The notes below the pieces were generated by a model, which saw nothing but the letters and a program-made list of their open reading frames with translations, made no database searches and was not told where the DNA came from. The translations under genes were made by a program, and so were the position numbers. From Octopus bimaculoides (taxonomy: Eukaryota), in contig NC_068999.1 of the NCBI RefSeq assembly GCF_001194135.2, positions 4,918,860 to 4,982,859 of the forward strand: a DNA stretch of 64,000 bases. The letters run 5' to 3'. Every line of letters starts with the position of its first letter. Position 1 is the first letter of the stretch. Positions 52,018 through 64,000 of this stretch are shown piece by piece.

Positions 52018-53383
52018 GCCTATGTATGTGTATATAGGTGTGTGTGTGTGTGTAAAGAGCAGAGGGATTTAGTTGGATTAGCCTTTAGGCAACCATTAAA
52101 ACCAGAATCGATCCAGAATTATATTTGTGGTGGAGGTAAAGAATCTGGTGGTAGGGGTGGGGATGGGGTGACTCTAATCCTTTACACCACCAATTGTTGT
52201 ACATCTTAAACAATTTCTTCTGAACAGTTCACTGCATCTCTCGCACTCCCCCCCCCCTTTCTTCCTCCGTGTTCTTCCTCCATTAACCACTCGGAGCACT
52301 CAGTTGCTCAGGATCTTAACAAAGGAACTCTCCTGTGGGGCTGGAAGGCTTGATCAGGGCATGTGTGTGGCAGGGGCAGGATCATTAACTGTTAGGGATT
52401 AGCAGTGTCTGTGTGTGTGGGTAAGGGAGGTGTTATTTAGCCCTAGGTCAGTCCTGATTGAGCAAAATTATTGTCATTCCAGCCATGACAGTCCCGTCTA
52501 TTTATTTAGATTTTTTTTTTTCTTTTATCCTTTCCTCGTTTTACTTGGTTTGGTCCTGTGATGCGGATGGGTGTCGACAGCTCCATGAAAATTAAAACCT
52601 TCCCTCAAAATTTCACATTAATTTATGTTCCAGAAACTAGCTTAATTAACGAAAAGGTTATTTTATTTAATTTCTTCATTATTTCCAAAATTAATTGAAA
52701 CAAAGAACAAAGGAAGTGCATTTCAATAGAAATTTGGTAACAAAAGGGTGAAGGGGTTATTTGGAATTGACATATTTCTAACTTAAAAATCATGGGAAGC
52801 TTCAGTTCAGATATGAATGCATTAAAATGAGGTGTGGAGTGGGGGGAGTGGGGCAGGGTCGGGTCTTAGGACCAGAGTTGGCTTCAGGTGGGTTGGTATG
52901 AAAAACAAAAAGGGGGTGAAATGTTCTCCTCCTAACTTCTTGTTTATAAATACTAAATATAACGAGCGGCTATAGTAATTATGTGACCCTCTTTTGTGTG
53001 GTGGTGGTGGTGGTTTTGGTGGGCAGGGTATTTTTAATTTCTTTTTTAATGTTTGAACACGACTGACTGACCATTTTCATAACAATAACTAATAATAATA
53101 ATAATAATAATAAATAAACAAGAACAATAATGCCTTAATAACTGCCTTCCGTACAAATTTATGATGTTGTTCTAATGTTGATATTTATCTTTATGACTCA
53201 TTAGCAGACTCATTAGCAGCATTTCGTCTGTCTTTACATTCTGAGTTCTGATCCCGCCAAGGTCGACTTTACTTTTCATCCTTGTGGGGTCAATAAAATA
53301 AGTACCAGTTGAGAGCACTAGGGTTGATGTAATCGACTTGACCCCTCCTCCAAAACTACTGGCCTTGTGTCTATAGGACAAAG

Positions 53384-53595
<212 letters not shown>

Positions 53596-53972
53596 AGGTG
53601 GCGAGCTGGCAGAATCGTTACCATGCCAGGCAAAACACTTAACGGCATTTCATCTGTTCTATATGTTCAGAGATCAAATTCTGCTGAGGTCAACTTTGCC
53701 TTTCGTCCTTTTGGGGTCAGTGAAATAGGTACCAATTGCACACAGGGTCAACGTAATCAACTTACCACCTCCCATAAAACTTCAGGCTTTGGGCCTGTAT
53801 TAGAAAGGATTATTATGTCATTTTATGAGAGGGTGGTATAGGTCTGCAAATATTTAAAGAAACTCTCATTAAACTTCTTTCTACTCTCTCCCTTTCCTTT
53901 TCTTTCTCTTCTGGCAGAATCAATCTAAATTAGTGTAATTATAACCACAAAATCTTTAAGCTATGGTTGTAT

Positions 53973-54005
<33 letters not shown>

Positions 54006-55085
54006 GGTGTAGTGTGTGTGTGTTAGGTGTAGTGTTGGTGTGGGTGCATGCATGTGTGCTTGTGTGTAGGAGGGGGGCACTGTAGATATGTGTGTGTATT
54101 GTGTATTTATAGTGTGTGTGTGTGTGTGTGTGTGTATGACAGGAATATGTGGCTGTATGTGTGTGGGTGCATATGTGAGGGGCTGTGTGTTATTGTTTAT
54201 GTCTATGTGTATGTGACACTATATATATATGTGTATATATGTGGTGTTCTCTGTGTGTGTCTCAGATAAATGCTGAATTACATGCTGTCCTGTTTTTTTC
54301 ATAACAATTAACTAAGCCATATAATTTTACTGCCAATAATATTCATTTCAATCAACACCACCACCACCATCACCACCACCATCATCATCATCACTGTTAT
54401 TATGTTGTCTGTATTTAGTTCTGTCTACACATGAATCATCACAATCCTTTATACCATGTCTATGGGAAAAGGTGGCACATTTATTTTACACAGCCGGTAC
54501 TTGTTGTTTAACCCTAGGCCATCCCGGGTCGGACGGACCCATGATCGCAAGTATTCTAGTAGCAGTGACTATCTTCTTTCCTTCTTTTACTCGTTTCAGT
54601 CATTGGACTACAGCCATACTGGAGCACCAGTACTTGCATTTTAAGCCTCATACTTATTCTGTTGGTGTTTGTTGCCAAACTGCTAAGTATCAAATATATA
54701 TCAGCCGGGCCGAAAGGGTTAATGGCTTACAAGAAGGGGATTCTCTGGGTGCATAAGGGCCTGGGGATCAGTGAGTATCTGCTGGGGCCCATGACTCTGA
54801 GCTGAGACTCATGACTCTGCTGGGGCTTGTGACTCTCTAACTGGGCTTGTGACCTCTGCCCCTGATATTTCTCGCCTTGTCCCAGAACTTGAAATCAATA
54901 TTGGGGGTGGGGTCGGGGTGGGGGGGTCACTGTTCTTTCCTCACTTTTCTAAAGAAGGAAGAACACTTTGATCTATGAGGTCCTGGGTCAAAAAGACAGG
55001 ATGGTCACAGCTGGCAGAATGTTTGTGGTGAAAGGCCTACTTGGTCAAAGATGACCTGGAGTCACTACTCAACACCAACAATTTC

Positions 55086-55122
<37 letters not shown>

Positions 55123-55479
55123 CGTGCCTCAGTTCATCTGTCTATGAAGGAATCGGTACCAAATCTTCTGGGAATCTGACTAAATATAACAGACCAGACA
55201 TCAAAGAGAGGAAGTTGCCTCTAAAATCTAAAATATCAACTGAAATCGTCAGTGTAGGATGGCCCAGTTGGTGCACACTGCCCTTTCCTCTCTTCCTTTT
55301 CCTTCTCTCCTAAATAATAATGTTTTCTAACAGTCACATGACCACAAAGCTTTTAGGGAGATGGATGGGGCTGTGGATGGGGGGAACAGCTGATTACATC
55401 AATGCCTCTATTTGACTGGTACTTTACACACCATACACATATACGTCTCTCTTTCTCTCTCTCTCTCTCAATTGCACGT

Positions 55480-55518
<39 letters not shown>

Positions 55519-55682
55519 AAAATTTCAGTACCATTCAAAGTCAAGTCACTAACGTTAATAGTTGTGTCAGGTGTGGGTATTGGTGGGGGTGGAATGAGAT
55601 GATAGAGATATATCTTGTAGAGCATCTGTGATACATATGATAACTTTGTCTCTCTCTCTCTCTCTCACATACACACACACCC

Positions 55683-55723
<41 letters not shown>

Positions 55724-56168
55724 TCTTTTATTCTTTTATTTGTTTCAGTCATTTGACTGTGGCCATGCTGGAGCACTGCCTTTTTAGTTGAACAAATCGA
55801 CCCCAGGACTTATTCTTTGTAAGCCTACTACTTATTCTATCGGTCTCTTGAGCCAAACTGCTAAGTTACAGAAAACGTAAACACACCAACACCGGTTGTC
55901 ATGCGATGATGGGGCAGAAATACAGACACACAAACAGCCAAATCAGATTGGAGCCTGGTGTTGCCATCCGGTTTCGCCATCCGGTTTCACCAGTCCTCAG
56001 TCAAGTCGTCCAACCCATGCTAGCATGGAAAGCGGACATTAAACGATGATGATGATGATACGTCTACCAAATCCACTCACAAGGCTTTGGTCAGCCCAAG
56101 ACTATAGTAGAAGACACTTACCTAAGGTGCCACGCAGTGGGATTGAACCCAGAACCATGTGGTATATA

Positions 56169-56254
<86 letters not shown>

Positions 56255-56804
56255 TGCATACACATGCATAGATAAACAGATAGATTGTATGTAAACCCAT
56301 GCACACATAGAGACATGTGTGTCTGTGTGTACAATATGTGGCTGACACTTGCCATGTGTTCTGTTTATAGTTTGGCATTGAGAGAAAAAAAGATGATTAA
56401 ATGTAAACTATTTTTAGCCCAGCATGACCTAACTCCAGTTAAAGGAAGGTTCTGGAGAAGACTAACTAACTGAATGTCATTGGCAGCAATATGGAGAACT
56501 AGTGAATCCAGATGACCAGATTTTTGGTAATGTAGCTGGATTTAATAAGAAATGTATTAGTACTAAAGAAATAATGAAAGGTGTGTGTGTGCATGCAATA
56601 TGTAATTTCAAACAATACAGAGAATGTATGTGCTTATGATTGTATGTAATATATACAACTGTCAGTATATAACTATAGGTGTTTCTTTGTGTGTGTGTGT
56701 GTGTGTAGATAGATAGATAGATAGATATACACACACGTCTGTGCATGTGTGTGTATGCATGCATTTATATGTGTCTGTGTGTATTTAAATAGATAGATAG
56801 ATAG

Positions 56805-56890
<86 letters not shown>

Positions 56891-57672
56891 GGATAGATAG
56901 AGTGAGGGAGAGGAAAGAATAAAGTAGAAATAAGAGATGAATAGATGTAGCAACAGGACATCCTCTGTATTAAAGTACCAAAAACTGAGTCATCACTCAC
57001 AACGTAGCACCAGATGCTGGGGTGGGGTAGTGCGTGTCTGAGACAGAGCTGGGGGTGAGTGTTTGCCGGTGATGTTTGGTGACAAGAATCCTCATTATCA
57101 CATTGATATGATACGACAAATTCGTCACAAATTATTTAATCTAGCCAATTAAAATAAATCTCACTCCATTATTATAATGATCCTGGAAGGACAAAATGCT
57201 TAGTCACCCTTGGCAAGATTTGATCACACAATAAATGGACTGTAAATACCACAAAACCATGTCCTTAATCTGCCTTTTCTGTTACCCCTAACTGCCCTTA
57301 ATAACAATTATCCTATTGTCATTTGATTTGACTGGGCACACTACCATCGTCTTTGTTACTAGTCTTACCCTTTCATCTTTTTAGGGTTGATAAAATAAGT
57401 ACCAGTCAAATATTGGGGTTGATATAATGAACTAGGGTCCTCCCCTAAAATTTCTGGAGCCTATAGTTGAAAGGTTTGATTCTGTGCAAAGTACAAGTGG
57501 CTGTGTGGTAAGAAGCTTGATTACCAACCACATGGTTCCGGGTTCAGTCCCACTGCATGGCACCTTGGCAAGTGCCTTCTACTATAGCTTTGAGCTGACC
57601 AAAGCCTTGTGAGTGGATTTGGTAGATGGAAACTAAAAGAAGCCTGTCATATATACATATATNNNNNNNNNN

Positions 57673-57731
<59 letters not shown>

Positions 57732-60053
57732 TGTTTGTGTAAGTGACCGATAGAATAAGTGCCAAACTTGAAAATATAAGGACTGGATCTTGAATATTCG
57801 TTAGTCAACATCTGCTGGAATGGCGTAGGAGTGGGTAGCTCTAGAGAGTCGACAGTTTGGGGGAGAAAAGATTGGGAATAAGTGAGGATTTAGGGTGTGG
57901 TAAATGGTACCCAGAAGGGGTGTTGTGAAGAGGAGGGAGAAGTAAGTTGGTTTGGCTTTTGTTGAGGGGGGAAGGGAACTAATTCAGAGGAGTGGGAAAA
58001 CTATTTACAGAAGCAGTGGATGGGACGGAGAGAGGGGATAGTGTATCTTGTGGGTGAATCACCATCATCATTTTACAGCCACTTTTCAGGCTGCTATGGG
58101 TTCAATGGGTCATCCTGCTCTGAATCACTTCCCACTTGGGTGCTACTGTTCCCAAAATCTGGTGCTTGTATATGCATTCATTCGGTTTGGTTTCAATGGT
58201 CAGATGCCCTTTCTAATACCAACCATTTTACCATGTATTGAGTACATTTTCTCCGTGACACTAAAACTAAAAAGATTAAATAATCCTTGAGAAAAGACTA
58301 GAGGGGTTTTTATAACCCCTTGCTCTTTCTCTGATCATACAACGGACCACTTTACTGTGCACTGGGTATGTTTTAGTCAAACAAATCAACTTATTGCTTT
58401 TAAGCCTCATACTTATCCTATCAGTCGCTTTAGCTGAACTGCTAGGCTACGGGGACATAACCACACCAACACCAGTTATCAAGCAGTTATAAGGGACACC
58501 CCCCCCATACACACACACAGACACTTAATGCTGAAATCTTTCTAATTAAACTTTATATAGTCCTGTCCCTGGGTGGGTGCTGGGGGTAGCAGGAATATAC
58601 TGATCTCTTTGGTGATATTCTACATGATTATCTCTCTTGTGTTTGAAACATTAAAATAGTAGTGGAGGGGGGGGGGAAGGTGCAGGCATGGTAATTGGTG
58701 GTGGTGGTGGTAACGGTGATAATGATGATGATGATAATGGGTGATGGTGGTAATGTATGTATGTGCATACATGTACATTAATGTATGTGTGCATATGTTT
58801 GTATGTATATGTGTGTGTATGCATGTATATGTGCATAGTGTTGGTGTCAGAGATGGTGGTGGTGAGGGTGGGGATGACCATGATTGAGGTAGTGGTAGTA
58901 GTAGTAGTGATGGTAGCCTAAATGGTGATGATGAGGAAAATGAAAAGAGTGATGGAGATAGTGGTGATGTTGATGATGACGACGATGATGATGATGATGG
59001 TTGTACTGCTGCTGATGGTGCTGGTGGGGTAGTGGTATTCATAAATGTATATATTCCCATCTGGTAATGTTTTTATAACACTTCATTATAATAACAAAGT
59101 AACTGTAGATAACATGATATCACATGATATATGGCTTGTACCCCCCTCTCCCCTCCCGGGGTGGGTGTATAGCTTGAGGATGTTGGTGAGGTGTTGTATA
59201 TTTGTATATCACCCCCAACCTCCCTGTTATTTTTTGTTTTGTTTTAAATATATAGATGTACACGTGTCTGTGTATGTGTGTGTGCACATGTGTGTGTGCA
59301 CGTGTGTGTATCTGTATGTGTGTGTGCATGTATGTGTATTTGTGTATGTGTATGTTAGCATGTATGTATGTATATTTGTGTATCTAAGCATGTATATGTA
59401 TGTATATGTGTATGCATAAGAACTTAGACCAATTCTCTTGTTTCTACTTTCATGTATATGTATGCACACACACACACACACACACATACAGTCATATATA
59501 TGTATATGTGTGTGTGTAGACACACACACACAACACTACACATATAGCTTCTATATGACCACATAGCTATGTTGTGTGTGTGGAATGAATTAATTGGCCT
59601 AAGTGACACCCTGTGGAGTTCAACAATTACAACTTTACAGAGAGAAAGCAGTAGAAGAGGCAACTATTGCAAGAGTGGTGAGGGGAGGGGTTAGGGTATC
59701 TCCTGGTGGTACTTTCAGTTTGGAAGGGAAAGAGCGGAAGACTGTGAGGATGTGATATTCATGCCTTTCCCAAATAACAAATACCATAATACAAGTGTAA
59801 CAGTTACAATGAAAGGAAGTGACACGCCACTTTACATATCATCATCATCATCATCATCAGTTAATATTCGTCTTCCATGCTAGCATGGGTTGGGCAGTTT
59901 GATAGGATCCGATGACCTGCAGAGCTGTGTTAGGTCCCAATGTCAGCTTGGCATGGTTTCTATGATTGGATGCCCTTTCTAACACCAATGTTATAGATGT
60001 ATATATATATATATATAATGAACTTCAATATATGAACTTCAAATATATATATA

Positions 60054-60205
60054 ATGAGCTTCAATAGCTGACAGCTGTTTCCGCTATAGGATGCAGTGGA
60101 CTCCTCGTTGAGTGCCTCAATAACAGCATCAGGTGTTATTCAGGCACTCAACTATGAGTCCACCATATCCTATAGCAGAAACAGCTGTAAGCTATTGAAA
60201 TTCAT
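60054..60205. repeat. Inverted repeat: 72-bp arms (62/72), 8-nt loop
   Basis: 60054-60125 versus the reverse complement of 60134-60205. Confidence 0.9.
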
Positions 60206-60245
60206 AAGATAATCATTTATTCTATTGTTATCTCTTTTTTCATAC

Positions 60246-60277
<32 letters not shown>

Positions 60278-60282
60278 ATTAC

Positions 60283-60404
60283 ATTAATCAAAGGACACAT
60301 TAAAGTGTCTACCCACTAGAAACAAGAGTTAAAAACCATCATTTGGACCACCAATTGTTTCTTATTTCTAGCGGGTGAACACTTTAATGTGTCCTTTGAT
60401 TAAT
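60283..60404. repeat. Inverted repeat / MITE-like: 44-bp arms (40/44), 34-nt spacer
   Basis: attaatcaaaggacacattaaagtg... versus ...cactttaatgtgtcctttgattaat. Confidence 0.85.
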
Positions 60405-60554
60405 CCAATTTTAATTCTATAGCTATATAATGCTGCTTTAGGCCTCCAACCACCTATATTAATATTGTTGTTATTATAAACTATTTGTATTGCCTTCGAT
60501 AATAATAACAATATTAATATCTGTATAAATATTTGCTTCTAAATATTTTTGCTG

Positions 60555-60650
<96 letters not shown>

Positions 60651-61365
60651 ATAATATTCTTTTCTACTTTAGGCAGAAGGCCCAAAATTTTTGGGGAGGG
60701 GGCCAGTCAATTAGATCGACCCTAGTATGCAACTGGTACTTAATTTATCGACCCCGACAGGATGAAAGGCAAAGTCAACCTCGACGGAATAGTTTAATAT
60801 TAGGACATATAAGCCCCGATATTAGACCATTTACCTCAGTCAATGCACAGTGATTGCTTATAAGCCTTAAGCTTATAAAATATTATTTCCAGAAGTGTAA
60901 AATTCAACGCTGTTTACCAAATAATCTAACACACACACACATATAATGTATGCACATCTATGTATAATGGACAATACAGCCAATAAACATATATGTAGTT
61001 TCACTTTGTAAATAGAACCAGTGATTATATAAAAACACATCTCAGATATTTGTCTTTTATTCTTAAATTGTTCACTTATTTTAATTAATTGAGTGAACAA
61101 TTACTTTCTGTGCATTACCAATTAACAGCTTGTTATAGTTGTCTCATATCCAAAAATGTACAAATTTCATTATTCCTCTATCTTCATTAAAATAATTATA
61201 TTCTGATTGTATGTATGTGTGTGGTGGGGTGGAGTATTCTAAAATGTTTCAGAATTTCTTTATAATCTTTTAAAATTGCATGACTTTTTCTCACCTGCCA
61301 TCTGGTTATCAAATCACAGTAATATGTCCACAGGATATTTTTGTATTTTGTAATATTGATCTTCA

Positions 61366-61646
61366 TACATTATTTACATTTGACAGATATTTGTCCTCAT
61401 CATGTTTGTTTTTAACACAACGTTTTGGCTGATATACCCTCCAGCCTTCTTCAGGTATCTTGGGGAAATTTTGAACCTTGGTTCTCATTCCTAAGGAACC
61501 CAGGTTTGAAATTTCCCCAAGACACCTGACGAAGGATGGAGGGTATATCAGCTGAAATGTTGTGTTAACAACAAACAAGATGAGGACAAATATCCGTCAA
61601 ATGTAAATAATGTAAATAATTCCTCATCTCCTAAGTATAGAACTGT
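61366..61646. mobile_element. Penelope-type palindromic element: 119-bp inverted arms, 11-nt spacer, one hammerhead-like motif per arm
   Basis: 61366-61484 versus the reverse complement of 61496-61614. Motifs at 61521-61566(+) and 61414-61459(-). Family membership is shown by the copy at 22019-22215. Confidence 0.7.
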
Positions 61647-61794
61647 ATTGATCTTTATGTGCAATAAATTGGTTATTCTGTTGCAACACACAAATTATTG
61701 GGTATTTTGTTGGGATTTTATTTCTGTAAATTTTTAAAATATTTCACATAATCTAAACTATTTTACTCAACTTTTTGCATAAGAATATACAGCC

Positions 61795-62024
61795 CAGTCT
61801 ACCTAACTGTAAGTTGGTACTACACTGTGGTATATTTCACTGTACTGTGTTTGTGACTCAGTCTGCCTAACGGTAATTAGGTACCATAGTGTGGTATATT
61901 TCATTGTACTGTGTCCCTGACTCAGTTTGCCTAACTGTAATTAGGTACCATACTGTGGTATATTTCATTGTACTGTGTCCATGATGCAGTCTGCCTGACT
62001 GTAAATGGGTACCACAGTGTGGTA
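61795..62024. repeat. 64-bp minisatellite, ~3.6 copies
   Basis: Units start at 61795, 61859, 61923 and 61987 (cagtctgcctaactgtaattaggtaccatactgtggtatatttcattgtactgtgtcc.tgact). Confidence 0.95.
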
Positions 62025-64000
62025 CAGTTAGTTCATTCTTTTGTGTGATAATAGTCTCAAAAAGAATAAGTAGGATTGGTAAAGGGAGTGGTAGTGTATT
62101 GTGAGGGAGTGTAGATGGAAGGGGAGATGGATGAAAAGGTTGTGTGTGAGAGAAGAAGGGTCTAGTCCAGTAGTCCTCAACAAGGGGTCCAAATAAGATT
62201 TTGTTGTTGAAGTTTATCTGCAATGAAGTAGTTATACTTCTGCAGCACTCAAAATATTTGGACAATTTTTTTAATACAAATCCCATAAAAATTTAATAAT
62301 AAAAATGATAAAATCTTTGAAATGTGGAATTGTTAAGGGTGTGGAGGAGACTAGAATAGGAAACAAATGGGTTCCATAGGTATAAAAATGGTTGCAAAGC
62401 ATTGGTCTAAACGAAGCAGAAGTTGACAGACCTTCCCCACTGACACACACACACACATACACATTAATCAGTGAGAAATAAGAAGCGGGAGAAGACGGTG
62501 GGGGGTGGGGGAGAAAGATGTGGAGGGAAAGAAAAGATATTTAGAATCTTCCCTCTTTTCCTTCCACTGACCTCATCCAGTCACACTCCAAATCTCAATG
62601 TCTGATATTACATTCAGGCTGAGTGCAAGTGACAGTTCCCCCCCGCCCCCCGTGAGTGGAGTGGAGCAGTTGTACCAACCCTTCCCTTAAGTGTGATATA
62701 GGTTTGCTCTGGTATCTCTCTGTGATGAGGGAGTGGAATGTGGTGGGGGTGGGGTGGGAGGAGGATGGTGATAGNNNNNNNNNNNNNNNNNNNNNNNNNN
62801 NNNNNNNNNNNNNNNNNNNNNNNNNNNNNNNNNNNNNNNNNNNNNNNNNNNNNNNNNNNNNNNNNNNNNNNNNNNNNNNNNNNNNNNNNNNNNNNNNNNN
62901 NNNNNNNNNNNNNNNNNNNNNNNNNNNNNNNNNNNNNNNNCCCCCATGCCAATTAACCCCCTTCCTCCTCCTCCCTTCCCAATGTACTCAGCACTCACCA
63001 GTTTCCTGTTTGGTAATATACCCTCTCCATACCCAGCGACCAGATTAATCATTCTAACGGATATTAATCCATACCTATATTCTGTGTGTATGTCACTTAC
63101 CCCACATCTCTCCCCTCCACCCGACCCATCCACTCACCCCTTTTCTCTCTTCCTCTTCTCCTGCCATCACCCCCCCCCCCAACTCCACTAAGTATCTACC
63201 CTAATCTCATCTTATTATGTTTGCTCAGTTTCACTTTGGTGGTGGTGATGGTGGTGGTGGAGTGTATTGGTGATGGTATACTGATGTGTGGTGGTGGTAG
63301 TGGTGGTTTATGTAGTAGTAGTAACTACAAGGAGAAGAATTAAAGAAATAGGGAGCGGAGTGAGAGTCCCTCTGTGAATTAAACATAATGATATTGGCTG
63401 CTCGTATGTGACTCTGCAGGAATGGCCCTATATTTCAGGATAATGAGGTAAGACGTTGTGATGTTAATGCCTTTCCTATGGATATTGTCTATGGAAACAA
63501 AGGGTAGAGAAATTGCACCAAGAAAGGACCAAAACTTTGGTCACCATTTAGAAACTAATTTACAGAGAAGTAGTTAGGGAGTTGTGGGGTGTGTGGTAAG
63601 AAGTTTGTTTCCCATCCACATAGTCTTGGGTTCAGTCCCACTGCTTGGTATCTTGGGCGAGTGTCTTCTGCTATAGCTTTGGTCCAACCAAAGTCTTGTG
63701 AGTGGATTTGATAGGTGGAAACTGAAAGAAGCCTGTCATTGAAATTTATATCGGTTTTAAATTTTGGTACAGGGCCAGCAATTTTGGTGGAGGGAGTAAG
63801 TCGATTACATTCACCCCAGCATTCAGCTGGTACTTATTTTATTGACCCTGCAACAATGAAAGGCAAAGCCAACTTCGGTGGAATTTGAACTCTGAACATA
63901 AAATGGATGAAATACCACTAAGCAATTTGCCTAGCGATATATAATACACATTGATAAATCATGTATAATAAGAAAAGAGATAGACTTTGTGTGTGTGTGT

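Noticed and set aside
61795-62024. CRISPR array
   Set aside because: The units are contiguous near-identical 64-mers without unique spacers, there are no cas genes, and the context is eukaryotic. The same applies to 51601-51850 and 22824-22975.
62618-62652. Small plus-strand exon LSASDSSPPPP (AG...GTGAGT)
   Set aside because: The acceptor is weak, the content is low-complexity, and there are no partner exons.

Overview
AT-rich, microsatellite-saturated animal genomic DNA from a gapped short-read-style scaffold (14 N-runs). The repeat families look like those of an octopus/coleoid cephalopod genome (inference from recall). The ORF track is almost entirely artefact. Real genes had to be assembled by hand from splice sites. 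(1) A complete 4-exon PSMG3/PAC3 (proteasome assembly chaperone 3) gene lies on the minus strand: join 11586-11524, 4253-4152, 3458-3378, 2636-2490; 130 aa; all GT-AG, phase-0 introns; CpG-rich promoter with ETS and YY1-like motifs. (2) The probable last coding exon of an unidentified plus-strand gene (285-484) converges on PSMG3. From 12 to 64 kb no protein-coding exon is identifiable. That region holds at least three abundant tRNA-type SINE families, RTE and CR1/L2-type LINE remnants, Penelope-like remnants, mariner- and piggyBac-like MITEs, and mini- and microsatellites. The most interesting signals are: a palindromic Penelope-type element carrying minimal hammerhead-ribozyme motifs (3 copies at 22.1 and 61.4-61.6 kb, each damaged at a different position); a 5'-truncated U6 snRNA copy abutting a SINE head (24.7 kb); and long near-perfect hairpins at 13.7 kb and in a cluster at 60.0-60.5 kb. 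No CRISPR array, prokaryotic system or intact transposase/RT ORF is present. I cannot claim a new biological system from the sequence alone.
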